DNA from: Amphiscolops sp. MND2022
Lineage: Eukaryota
Length of the DNA stretch: 64,000 bases
Assembly: GCA_964187785.1 (NCBI GenBank)
Contig: OZ076409.1
Location: forward strand, 33,110,001-33,174,000
Direction of reading: 5' to 3'
The translations under genes were made by a program, and so were the position numbers. This document shows, piece by piece, positions 15,401 through 27,715 of this stretch (position 1 is its first letter; each line of letters opens with the position of its first letter). The notes under the pieces are model-generated. The model searched no databases. It saw nothing but the letters and a program-made list of their open reading frames with translations, and was not told where the DNA came from.

Positions 15401-18400
15401 GCCTTTCAATTATCGGTTGAACTCATAACCAAAGCTTCATTGAAAAAACTTCTAAATGCGATATCATTGGCGACAAACTGTGTTACCAGAGTGGGACCGT
15501 AACTTAGCAAACAGTTGCTCAGTTATTGAGAAAAAAACGAATTTAATGAAATGTATTTTTATGCAATTTTTCACTTTTTTCAGATACTTTTTTTGCCAGT
15601 GGCTCGGAAAAAACCTATTTTGACACAAATAACAATTCACACCAGATAGTCCATTAAACTGTCAATAAGAAAGAGAATTTTTTGTTTTCCTCTATGCTTT
15701 TTGCATGTCGTAATTTATTATTGATTGCAAAAATTATTGCTGTCTTCATTTGGCAAAACATCACTGTCAAGGTTATACAGAAATGATGAAAAACGGAGTA
15801 GGAACCACCATCCAGACGTCCTAACTTGCTTGTTTTTGGCTGCAGACAACATGTTCATGAAAAAACGCCATTAATTGTTTTTCGATTTCCTCTGTATAAC
15901 CTCGACAGTACACCGAGAGGTCGAAAAAGTGACAAAAATCTGGCAATTTTTCTTCAAAGCTTCATTTCTCCACAAATAATAGCCGCAGCTACAATCGATT
16001 TTCTGTTCTCTGTTCCTGAAAGCCTTGTTCCTATCTTTGTTGTTTTTGTCTGCAGACGACATTTTCATGGAAGAAACGCCAATAAGTTTTTTTTCGATTT
16101 CCTCAGAATAACCTCGACAGTACACCGAGAAGCGGAAAATTGACAAAATTCTGGCAAATTTTCTTCAAAGGTTCATTTCTCCACAAATAATAGCCGCAGC
16201 TACATTCAATTTTCTGTTCCTGAAAGCCCTTTACCTAAGCTTTCAAATGCTCACTAGTATATGCGAGTTGGCGCCACTTGTTGGGGTAAGGCGTCACCCC
16301 CTCGGCGCGGGTCCAGCTACGCAGGGAATTACAATTATCGGTTGAACACAAAACTAAAGCTTCATTGAAAAAAACTTCTATATGCGATTTCATTCGTAGC
16401 AAACTATGTTACTAGATAGGGACAGTAACTTAGCAAACAGTTGCTCATTTATTGAGAAAAAAAAACGATTTTTATGAAATGTATTTTTATGCAATTTTTC
16501 ACTTTTTTCAGTTACTGTTTTTGCCAGTGGCTCGCAAAAAAACCTATATTGACACAAATAACAATTCACACCAGATAGTCCATTAAACTGTCAATAAGAA
16601 AGAGAATTTTTCGCTTTCCTCTATGCTTTTTGCGTGTCGTAATTTATTATAGATTGCGAAAAGAATCGCTGTCCTCATTATGGGACGAAATCACTGTCGT
16701 TGTTATGCAGAAATGATGAAAAACGTAGTAGGAACTACCATCCAAACGTCCTAACTTGCTTGTTTTTTTTGCTGCAGACGAAATTTTCATGAAAGACACG
16801 CCAAAGGTTTTCTTTTCTATTTCATTAGTATAACCTCGACAGTACACCGAGAAGTCAAAAAATTGACAAAAATCTGGCAATTTTTCTTCAAAGCTTCATT
16901 TCTCCACAAATAATAGCCGCAGCTCCAATCGGTTTTCTGTTCCGAAAACCCTTTACCTAAGTTTTCAAATGCTCACTAGTATATGCGAGTTGGCGCCACT
17001 TGTTGGGGTAAGGCGTCACCCCCTCGGTGCGGGTCCAGCTACGCAGGGAATTACAATTATTGGTTGAACACAAAACTAAAGCTTCATTGAAAAAAACTTC
17101 TATATGCGATTTCATTCGTAGCAAACTATGTTACTAGATAGGGACAGTAACTTAGCCCAACAGTTGCTCATTTATTGAGAAAAAAAAAACGATTTTTATG
17201 AAATGTATTTTTATGCAATTTTTCACTTTTTTCAGTTACTTTTTTTGCCAGTGGCTCGGAAAAAAACCTTTATTGACACAAATAACAATTCACACCACAT
17301 AGTCCATTAAATTGTCAATAAGAAAGACAATTTTTTGCTTTCCTCTATGCTTTTTGCGTGTCGTAATTTATTTTTGATTGCAAAAAAAAATTGCTGTCCT
17401 CATTTGAGGAAAACATCACTGTCAAGGTTATACAGAAATGATGAAAAACGTAGTAGGAACCACCATCCAGACGTCGCAACTTGCTTGTTTCTGGCTTCAT
17501 GAAAAAACGCCAATATATTTTTTTTCGATTTCCTCTGTATAAACTCGACAGTACACCGAGAAGTCGAAAAAGTGACAAAAATCTGGCAAATTTTCTTCAA
17601 AGCTTCATTTCTCCACAAACTATAGCCGCAGCTACAATCAATTTTCTGTTCTCTGTTCCTGAAAGCCTTGTTCCTAACTTGGTTGTTTTTGTCTGCAGAC
17701 GACATTTTCATGGAAGAAACGCCAATGATTGTTTTTTCGATTTCCGCAGAATAACCTCGACAGTACACGGAGAAGCGGAAAATTGACAAAATTCTGGCAA
17801 ATTTTCTTCAAAGGTTCATTTCTCCACAAATTTTAGCCGAAGGTACATTCGATTTTCTGTTCCTGAAAGCCCTTTACCTAAGCTTTCAAATGCACATTAG
17901 TTAGGTATTGAGTTGGCGCCACTTGTTGGGGTAAGAGCGCCACTCCGGCGTTTCGGGTCCGGCTACGCCGGGCCTTTCAATTATCGGTTGAACACAAACC
18001 TAAAGCTTCATTGAAAAACACTTCTATGTGCGCTTTCATTGGTAGCAAACTATGTTACTATAGTGGGACAGTAACTTAGCAAACAGTTGCTCAGTAATTG
18101 AGAAAAAAAAACGAATTTTATTAAATGTACTTTTCTGCAATTTTTCACGTTTTTGAGTTACTATTTTGCCAGTGGCTCGCAAAAAAATGTGTATTGACAC
18201 AAATAACAATTCACACCAGATAGTCCATTAGATTGTCAATAAGAAAGATACTTTTTCGTTTTCCTCTATGCTTTTCGCGTGTCGTAATTGATTATAGAAT
18301 GCGAAAAGAATCGCTGTCCTCATTTGAGGACAAACCACTGTCTAGGTTTTGCAGAAATGATGGAAAACGTAGTAGGAACCACCATCCAAACGTCCTAACT

Positions 18401-20505
18401 TGCTTGTTTTTGGCTGCAGACGAAATTTTTATGAAAAACACGCCAATAGGTTTTCTTTTCCATTTCCTTAGTATAACTTCGACAGAACATCGAGAAGTCG
18501 AAAAATTGACAAAATTTTTGCAAAAGTTCTTCAAAGCTTCATTTCTCTACAAATAATAGCCGCAACTCCAATCGGTTTTCTGTTCCGAAAGCCCTTTACC
18601 TAAGTTTTCAAATGCTCACTAGTTAGTTGCGAGTTGGCGCCACTTGTTGGGGTAAGAGCGTCACTCCCTCGGCGCAGGTCCGGCTACGCAGGGAATTTCA
18701 AATATCGGTTGAACTCATAACTAAAGCTTCGTTGAAAAAACTTCTATATGCGTTTTCAATGGTGGCAAACTGTGTTACTAGAGTGGGACAGTAACTCAGC
18801 AAACAGTTGCTCAGTTATTGGGGAAAAAACGAAATTTCTGAAAGGTACCCTTTTGCAATTTTTCACGTTTTTTCAGTTTTTTTCCCAGTGGTTCGCAAAA
18901 AAATCTGTATTGACACAAATAACAATTCACACCAGATAGTCCATTAGATTTTCAATAAAAAAGACAATTTTTGGTTTTCCTCTATGCTTTTCCCGTGTCG
19001 TAATTTTTTATGGACGTTTCAAATATCGGTTGAACTCATAACTAAAGCTTCATTGAAAAACTTCTAAATGCGTTTTCAGTGGTTGCAAGCTGTGTTACTA
19101 AAGTGGGACAGTAAATTAGCTCAGCAAACAGTTGATCAGTTATCGAGAAAAAAAACAAATTTTCTGAACTGTACTTTTTTGCATTTTTTCACTTTTTCTA
19201 GTTATTTTTTTGTCAGTGGCTCGGAAAAAAAACTATATTGACACAAATAACAATTCACACCAGCTAGTCCATTAGATTGTCAATCAGAAAGACATTTTTT
19301 TCGTTTGTCTCTATGCTTTTTGCGTGTCGTAATGTGTTATTGATTGCGAAAAAAAATTGTTGTCCTCATCTGAAGACAAAATCACTGTCGAGGTTATACA
19401 GAAGTGTTGAAAAATGTAGTAGGAACCATCATCCAAACGTCCTAACTTGCTTGTTTTTGGCTGCAGACAACATTTTCATGAAAAAAAAACGCCAATTCGT
19501 TTTTTTTTTCGATTTCCCTCAGTATAACTTGGACAGTAGATCGAGAAATCAAAAAATTGACAAAATTTTGGCAAAATTTCTTCAAAACTTTTTGGAACTG
19601 CGACCATTGGAACTGCGGCTAATATTTCTCCACAAATATTAGCCGCAGTTCCAATGGGTTTTCTGTTCCCAAAAGCCTTTTACCTAAGCTTTCAAATGCA
19701 CGCTAGTTAGGCTGCGAGTTGGCGCCACTTGTTGCGGTAAGAGCGCCACTCTGGCGGCGTGGGTCCGGCTACACCGGGCTGTTCAAATATCGGTTGCACG
19801 CATAACTAAAGCTTCATTGAAAAAACTTTCTGAAACCGTTTTCAATGGTGGCAAACTAAGTTACTAAAGTGGGACAGTAACTTAGCAAACAGTTGCTCAG
19901 TTGTTGACAAAAAACGAATTTTCTGAATTGTACTTTTTTTTGCATTTTTTCACTTTTTTTCAGTTACTTTTTCGCCAGTGGCTCAGAAAAAAATCTATAT
20001 TGACACAAATAACAATTCACACCAGATAGTCCATTAGATTGTCAATGAGAAAGACAGTTTTTTGTTTTTCTCTATGCTTTTTGCGTGTCGTAATTTATTA
20101 TGGATTGCAAAAAAGATTGCTGTCTTCATTTGAGGAAAACATCACTGTCAAAGTTATACAGAAATGGTGAAAAATGTAGTGGGAACCATCATCCAAACGT
20201 CCTAACTTGCTTGTTTTTGAATGCTGACGACATTTTCATGGAAAAAAACCAATTTTTTTTCGATTTTCATCAGTGTTTTTTCTCACAAAATAGAAACCTT
20301 CCTGAAAGTTTTATTTCTCCACGAATAAGAGACGCAGCTCATAACTGAATTTTCATTGAAAAAACTTCTATTTGCGGTTTCAATGGTGGCAAATTTTGTT
20401 ACTAGAGTGGGACAGTAACTCAGCAAACAGTTCCTCAGTTATTGAGAAAAAACGATTTTTCTGAATTGTACTTTTCCTGCAATTTTCCCTTTTTTCAGTT
20501 ACTTT
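472..20505. repeat. Tandem satellite array, ~720-bp monomer, ~28 copies, diverged, with higher-order repeats
   Basis: The marker AATTCACACCAG (occasionally with one mismatch) recurs at about 490, 883, 1592, 2186, 2919, 3643, 4363, 5076 ... 19252 and 20014. Spacing is mostly 710-740 bp, with some deleted units (~330-600 bp) and some lengthened units (~920-1150 bp). Confidence 0.96.
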
Positions 20506-22507
20506 TTAAAGCAGCGTAAACCTCCGCTGCTTAGTTGCATGTTTGAAGCCCAGATGGCGAAGTCTACCCCTCTGCATTGGCAATTTTCTGTAACCAGGTA
20601 GACGACGCGCTGTGATGCTGAATGCAATTGGTTGAAATATGGGGGAGGCACGAAAGTCGATGATGACTGTAGTTTTTCTTTCAATATCCGCTGAGCCTTC
20701 TCCATTGCTCCTTCTGGGTTGATGGCTGCATTCAGGAACACTACCCGTTGTGTAGTCGTTGGGCTCCGCTATTCTGTCCCGGACAGTCTGGTCATCAGTC
20801 ATTCACACGCTAGATGGTCAAGCACATTGCTTATGACGAAAATTTTAGGAGGAGGTTCACCGTAGGTTACCGTCATTTCCGGATCGAACATTGCCGCAAG
20901 AATCTCTGCCATTTTGGTGATTCTGGATAACAGTAATTTCATGACCATCACGTCGGAGAGCACGTTATCAATGGGCATTATTTTCAGAAAGGTGGAGTCT
21001 ATCAGTAAGGCGTAGCGCGCGCGCGGCAACATTCCTTTTGGCATTGGCAGTTGGGCTTCTAAGTCGCTGGACAACCTGGAGCTCAGTTCGATGGTTTTTC
21101 CGGTCAGGAAACGGTATCTCTCCTCGAACTGATTGCGCAGGTCAATGTTGAGCGAATCCAGATAGTTGTTTCCCTCACTGGACAGCAGATTCACCACTCT
21201 ACTGAGCCACGCAGGCTCCGTTACTGGTGTGTGATCTGCTCGTAGAGACATGCTCATGAACACTGAAACTGTCATTTTCTTCACCGTTGCATGTTCGTCG
21301 TCATTTGAGGGGCACATATTTTTCTCATGTAGCCAACCATTGGAGACTAACCCGGCTGCCTCCCGGATTCTCCTTGCATCTTTCGGCACCGGCGTGCCCT
21401 TTGCATTTTGCTTTGGTGGCAAAGTAAGTTTACTTTTTTTTCTTTACTTTTACATCTGGGTCTTCGTGCATAATGTCCTTCTTAGTTCGTTGGGAATGTG
21501 ATACGCCTTGATACCCAATAGAGATTGACCGAGGCTGTCGCGACGACTGTTGGCGGGGCGTTGGTCGTTGAGATAGAGATTCTCGCGACGAGGTCTGTTT
21601 TGGTGGAGGCAGTTCTCACAATTGCGGTGGTTGAGCGGCGGAAGCACCGATGCTTCCGACAATACTAGTTTATTTGGCTCAGCTTGCTCGTGGGCTGTGC
21701 CTTTTCATTTGATGCCTATTTGTCAGGTGGCGGGTTGCTAGAGGGGCTAATTTTCACATTTTGTGGTGCCGGAATGACGGTTCTGGATGTAGAACAATCA
21801 ATGCCTTTCCTGGACGCCGGACGGCGGTTCGCTCCCCCTCTTGGAGACGAAGTGGGGCACATAAAGGTGAGCGACTAAGGTCTAAACCACCATACTGAGG
21901 GTGACCTGGTTAGTCAGACGCAAGAATTAACATTGGGGACACAAGCAGTCGATTGTTCATGACAGGAGGAGTTGCTAAACGTGGATGGTGTGCCGAAGAA
22001 CCCGCGGGCTCTCTGATTTGTTGCCTTGTTAGCTGGTTGAGGTGGAACCGCAGGTGGCGTTGCGGAGAATTGTAGTGAACGATTTTGCTGGACACCTCGG
22101 GTCTTGGAGCCCTATGATATGGACATACGATCATCATGGAAGTGACGAGTCAGGCCGTTGCCAGGCCAAGTTCCATTTTCGAATGTCATCGATCGTTGAA
22201 AGCCAGGAAAGACGGAGGTAATGGTGACAGATAGCAAAGGCGCTTGAGTCTGGGGATCCATTTGGGCAATCATGACTGATAGGCTGGCAAAAATAGCAGG
22301 GGAGACTCCATTGGTCAATCGATAGCGTACAAGAGCCGCTTGTGATATGCGATGTACGCTTGTGGTATCATAAATGCGTTTGTCAATGTTTGGCGAGTCA
22401 GCGTAAGAACGCGAAGGATTTCGTTTATTTCGATCGTCTTGATCCATCGGCACAGATATAAAAGACAAATCGGTCTGAAAAGGTAGAGGCAGGGGCCAAT
22501 CAGTCAA
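20499..22507 (-). pseudogene. Disrupted retrotransposon accessory ORF; C-terminal part has SGNH/GDSL-hydrolase-like motifs
   Basis: ORF pieces at 22112-22507, 21450-21662, 20799-21422 and 20499-20802; the 21450 and 20799 pieces are in the same frame, separated by stops. Motifs RYALLIDS, KIFVISNVLDHL and TFVPPPYF fall in SGNH block order. Truncated by the satellite. Confidence 0.45.
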
Positions 22508-22599
22508 ATATGTTTACTTGTGACAATAGCAGAGTGGGTATGGAAAACTAGTGATTAAAAAAAGAATGGAAACGCGTTAATGAAGTAGAAACTGTAGAA

Positions 22600-23850
22600 A
22601 AGTGAATGGTGAATTGTTGTAGAAAAAAGGGTAAAGGTAGTGCGCTATGCTGTCAATGGAAAAGTACGTCCGATCGTGCAGAATTGCGGAAAACGGGGTA
22701 TCGGCGAAGACGTCCATCAGATACACTTAAAAAGAGGAAAGATTGTGCAATGGACGCTCGGGATCTAATAGAGAAAAGTGAATTTCGGAAACATCATGCT
22801 CGGTGAGTCGTGCCTTCAAATTTTCAAGGCAGTAGACAAGGACGTCTGCAGTCATGGGACAGCGCGGGTTCGATCTAGTTATGAGCAAATGGGTCATTTG
22901 AGGGAATCCGTCGACAAAAGATTGCTGTAACGTAAGTACGTTCCCGAGTTCGGGTCGTAACCGAAAGATGGAGTTGGTAAAATGCTCAAAAAATATGTAG
23001 AGAGGAGCAGCCGAACTTGTGTCTGAATTTGCAGGGCAACATTTGACTAGGTGATGTGGTGCTGGAGGAAGTCTTATTAGTCGTAACTGATATAATTCAC
23101 CAATTGAGGTCGAAGAGCACCGGGGTAAATAATTTCTCGTCCTGGTGCATCGATCTTGCCAAACCGAGCGTAGTAGCGAACGATTGTCGACATTAGCACG
23201 AGACCGCACATCAAGGGCGCTCAAGGCTGAGTGGACTGCGACAGGCTTGGGTAACACATGTGTCCACTCATCCAAAAAGCGAATACGAGGACAGCGTGTG
23301 AGAAGTGCGACATTTAGTTCAAACCACCAATGGATCTTCACTTTCCCACGAAATAAATCGATAATTTGGAAGCAAAGGATGAGGTCCGGTGTTGTTGCAG
23401 TACGCAAATTCTCCAGACAGCTACGCAAGTTGTTCGGATGAACCAAGTCAAAATTGCGGAGGGCGGTTATCAGCAGCCATCAGTCCTTCGCAGGCTGATA
23501 TATATCGCCCCTGCCTAAGATGTTGCAGTTACCTAGTATGTATCGTGGAGTAAGTCAGCGGTATTACAAGGTACAATTTGAACTGGTTCTCTCATAATTG
23601 AAAGGTCCAAAAGCGATGTTCGGGGGCACCGAAGGAATAGTGATTGGCAGTGTGAACTCAAGGCCTTGATGATCATGGGTCCATTCTTTGAATCGAGTAC
23701 AGGGAGCCTTGGCCACTTCCGATTCGGCCAATTTTGTTAGGATATGCTCCACCCAGAATGATGCGCTCTAGCCCTGTATATGTCTTTTAGGCGCGTATGA
23801 CATATCGATTGACCAAGCTGATAGAGGGTGCACTATTCGTGTCTACCATC
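22600..23850 (-). pseudogene. Accessory ORF3 (copy 1): tandem TARG1/OARD1-like macrodomain protein, disrupted
   Basis: ORFs 23564-23752 and 22727-23446 plus read-through of stops give WLLITA..NNLRSCLENLR and LVKCCPANSDTSSAA..RPELGNVL..HLLITR..CLENLKARLTEHDVSEIHF..LMDVFADT. Clearly homologous to 39767-41043. Confidence 0.62.
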
Positions 23851-24001
23851 ATCAGGACTCGCCGGTTTAATCGGAAGTTCCGGTAGAATCAGATGATTTT
23901 ATGTGCAGTCACGTAGTTTCAGAGAGATTACGCGTGACTCCATCACGCCGTAAGCGATAACGTGTGTTGATAGGTGGGGCGGGATATTCTTGATCAGTGG
24001 T

Positions 24002-27000
24002 TCAGAGAGGACTGGGGTTTGAGAAGTCGGAATCAGGTGCTTGCGGTGGGGTTCGTTGAATGGGAATTCGTGGTCTATTGGGTGGACGGCCACGGGAGCG
24101 TCCCTGTCTTCGTACGCCTCCAAACTTTCTCTGGTTAAGCCCACCACGAGAGACACCAGTAGTCCTAGGAGGACGTTCTCTAGGTCCTCCGCTTCTGTTG
24201 GTCAACTTGGTGGGTTGAGTGCGCGGCGGCACTGGCAGAAAGTAATGATGTTGGTTGAATGGTATCCAGAGATGCGTCTGATGAAGCGTTAGTGACAGGT
24301 TGATCTACCTGAGGCCAGATCGGGAAGTTGCTCAGCATATCAGTTAGGGAAAGATTGGTTAGTAGCGGGCCCGAAGTACCCATTAGGGAAGTTTCGGCTC
24401 CTCTTGTTGAAGGTAAGGGCGGAGAACCTTGTACACTGGGTTGAGCATTCACCAACTCATGTTCAGAGAATAGAATAACTTGGTTGGATGGCGGTGATGG
24501 TGGCAATTCAGATGAGGGGGCTGTCGGGGCTTCAAGTGGGATAGCTAAGCCCACCCTTTCACTCGTTTTTAACTGTGCAAAGGGGAGGGGGATATTCACC
24601 ATCTTTATCAGTCGAAGAATCGAATTGTTGATGGTAGAGACGGCCTCCTGCAAGCATTCGTGTACGTAGTCTGGTATTCATGCAGTGTCTTTGTCGAGGG
24701 GATAGTGAGGTGTTACGCGCTTCCGAATGAGGTTCTTCCTCACGATAGGATGGTTTGAAACATCATCAGGTATTTCGAACGGAGTGTTCAGGCTCTGGGT
24801 CCATTATCATGGCTACAAAATTCATTGTTCGTAGGCACTAGGGCCTATTCTGTTGGTCCACCATGATGTGGTTCAGCCGTTCAAAATGTACTTTCTCTCC
24901 TGAATCAACGATGTAGACACGTCCGTCTTGTAGCAATTTTGCTACTTTATTAGGACCGCGCTATGCTCGCATCAGTTTGGGTGTTCCCTTCTGAGGGATG
25001 TAACGACAGAATACTCATACTGGTTCGCCCACCCAGTAAGCCAATGCCTGAAGTGTTCGATCGTATTCCAATTTTTGACGCCGTTGGGCCTGATACGCGT
25101 TGCGCCGCAAAAGGTCATGGATTTCGTGTTGTCCGGCGACAATATGATCTACATAATCTTCGCGTGATTCGTAAGCTTGTGTGGCGGGTTCAGAATACAA
25201 AAAAACGAGCGGTATTGCTTTCTCTGTTCCGCTCGTCAACATGTAGGGTAGAGTTATACGCGCCCATCACTTGATACAAATGTTGATCCCAATCTCTCAT
25301 TCGCCGAGAGCAAAATACTCTAAGGAGAGTCAAAAAGGTACGATTTTGTCGTTCGACCAGCCCTTGGGTTCTAGAAGGCCAAGACGTCGAAGTTACTTTC
25401 GTAACTTGCGATGCTCTCATGAATTAACTCCAGCAGTCAAGTTGTGGGCATTGAAGTTTCGTGGGTGTACCGTGACGGGCAAACCACGTTTGTAGGAGTA
25501 GCTTCGAAGTTGTAGTCGCATCATATTCTTAGTGGTTGCAGGGAACTGCTTCTGCAAACTTCGAAAAATGGTCAATGATGACTAAAATCCCGGTGTTGAG
25601 GTTGTCGAAAGGACAGATCTTCATATCATCATATTGCACCAACTCAATAAAGTATCCTCTTTAAATGTTTTTTATGTGGAATCGTTCGTCGCCGTGTTTG
25701 TCCCGCACTTGTTGGCACTGGTTGACGTATTGCCCATTTGTTCTGCGGATACCGGACCAAGTGTGACGTTCGTGGATCCATGCCGGCACTTTCGAAAGCC
25801 TTGGTGACCCATAGCATCGTGGGCCTTGAATAAGGTCTCGTGTTGGTACAGTTGTGGCATTGAGATCATGCAGGGGCGTGTGTGGAGTGCAATTCGACTT
25901 TTTGGATACTTGACACTTGGATATCTTATCCCGTTGGCATTGATCAGTAATGAGTCTTTCTTCTGCTTGTATTAGATTTTACGCGAAAACGCGCACGTTC
26001 TCAGGAATTATTCCTTCCAATAGATTCTTTAGCCACAAGTTCTCGGATTGCCGAGATGTGTACGTCTCGATTTTGCGCCAAAAGTTGATCTTTTGGACCA
26101 TGTATCGTGTTGGCGTGTTCGTGAACTACCATATTCACATCACTGATAACAGGGGTCACTTCTCTCACATATTTCGGAGTTGCATTGAGTGCTTGTTTTT
26201 CTGCGCCTGTCGAAGCGTATGTGGTTCTGGATGGCACGTTGGCAATATGTGTTGGTAACAAGTAATCTTGTCGGCATTCTTCAGTCAATTCGATCCAATC
26301 CTCTGGATATTCAGAGAGTTCTCCACAAGGATTGACTTCTCTGGTGGCGGTAGTGTCGGTAGTGGAGCTTTCAGTGCTTCCTCACAAGAGGTTATGCTTA
26401 GATTGCAGTTGCGGACCCGGGTTCTTATTAGCATTCTTTATGAGGGCTTCCCATTGGCTTTTCGGAGATGTGTGGGCTAATCGGGATGATCCGGGATTAC
26501 CCGTCCTTGAACGTCAAACCAGGACACTAGTGGAAGTTGTCATCTCGTTCTTGGGATGGGAATTTCCATTTCTCCGCAACGGGAAGTAATTGTCAATCGT
26601 GCTTCTTGTAGCCGATTCTTCGTTTGCTAAGTCCGTCCGCATTTCGATGTTGCGTTCTTAGACGATGATCTATGTTAAAATGGTACTTTTCCAGGGCCAT
26701 GATACAGCGGCCAAAGATTGATTGGTCTCTTGAGTGAGTAGGTTTTCAACCAGGCCAGGGCCTGATTGTTCACTCTCAGAGTAAATTTCCGGGGACATAG
26801 ATTGCTGTGATTCTTCAAAATGAAGTAATATGCAGCGTACATTTCTAGCTTTGGGGGCCATATTTTGCTTGGGTGGGCGTTAGTTTCTTCCTACCGAACA
26901 AATTGATTGCAACTTCTTGTTGTCAGGGGAACCTCGCCATTGGTGGAGAATACCTGATTCTGCTACGACTTCTAGAGTCAGTGTCCAGGACCAATTCTCC

Positions 27001-27045
27001 TCAGAGTCCGCTTGTGCCAAAACTGTGGCTTCAATCAAAGCTTTC
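24002..27045 (-). pseudogene. Gypsy pol remnant (RNase H, integrase zinc finger and core, low-complexity C-terminus)
   Basis: Many frameshifted pieces match the pol at 41.2-44.3 kb, e.g. MPQLYQHETLFKAHDAMGHQG, MRASQVTKVTS and HDLLRRNAYQAQRRQKLEYDR. Confidence 0.85.
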
Positions 27046-27715
27046 ATAGGTAAGGCAACATCAGAAGAGCCACATGTAGTAAGTGCTACAATAAATCCGA
27101 CAGGTAGGCGGTGCGCACAAACATCGACGATGAATTACCACTCCTCACGAAGGAAAACAACCTAACCCCCGAACAAGGTGTACATAACATAACGGAAAAA
27201 TAAAACACTAGAACCGCCGCGACCAGTCAGGAAATCTAAAAGGCTACCTTTCGCAAAACAAAGATAAAAATTAGGCGGAGTACCGTACTATACAAATAAC
27301 ATTAAAAAGAAGCTAACTAATAACGGTTATCTATTACAGGAAAAGACAACAACAAAAACAACGGATGGACGTGAAGAAGCAGATTACGGTAAAATACGGC
27401 AAGATGACAGAGAAATCCGTTTAATACGGTCTTGCCGAAATACTCAACAAACTTTCACCGGACCACTCCGGAAGTGAAGGGGGAATGTGGCATACACTGC
27501 AAACCGTAACCTTCAAACATACCGTAGAATACGAACCTAGACAAAGAGACTTGGTTTTTTGTTTATCAACAAACTCTAAATGCTATCAATTTATGTTGCT
27601 TAGTTTTGTAACCATTAATATACTGAGAGATGATGAAGTATAGTTTGTTCAGTGAAAGATTCAGTTAACTCTTAGAATAAAGATCTGTTATACCATAGAA
27701 TACCCGAATACAACA
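27046..27715 (+). mobile_element. 3' end of a different LTR retroelement (pol tail, PPT, probable 3' LTR)
   Basis: Basic pol-tail-like peptide (PPRPVRKSKR). Polypurine tract GGAAGTGAAGGGGGAA ends at 27485 and is directly followed by TG at 27486. AATAAA lies near 27676, and a candidate end ...TACAACA is at 27715. No partner LTR or TSD is visible. Confidence 0.45.

Larger units (their letters stand above)
20499..27045 (-). mobile_element. Truncated, decayed Gypsy/Ty3 LTR retrotransposon (RNase H-integrase plus two accessory ORFs; no LTR, gag, PR or RT)
   Basis: Fragments are colinear with the element at 37.8-52.1 kb: KALIEATVLAQADSE (RNase H start), AHDAMGHQG (IN zinc finger), QGLVERQNRT..RMRDWDQHL (IN core), then the accessory ORFs. 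Confidence 0.87.

Noticed and set aside
993..20348. Dozens of similar 60-130 aa ORFs (e.g. KNRCPHLRTKSLSRLYRNDEKRSRNHHPNVLT)
   Set aside because: They are translations of the satellite monomer. Frames shift with homopolymer length between copies, so there is no coding constraint.
472..20505. Satellite as a CRISPR array or tandem snoRNA/snRNA/5S cluster
   Set aside because: There are no unique spacers or cas genes. ATGATGA follows the long stem, but no CTGA box D precedes the 3' arm. I recognise no snRNA, 5S or tRNA sequence.
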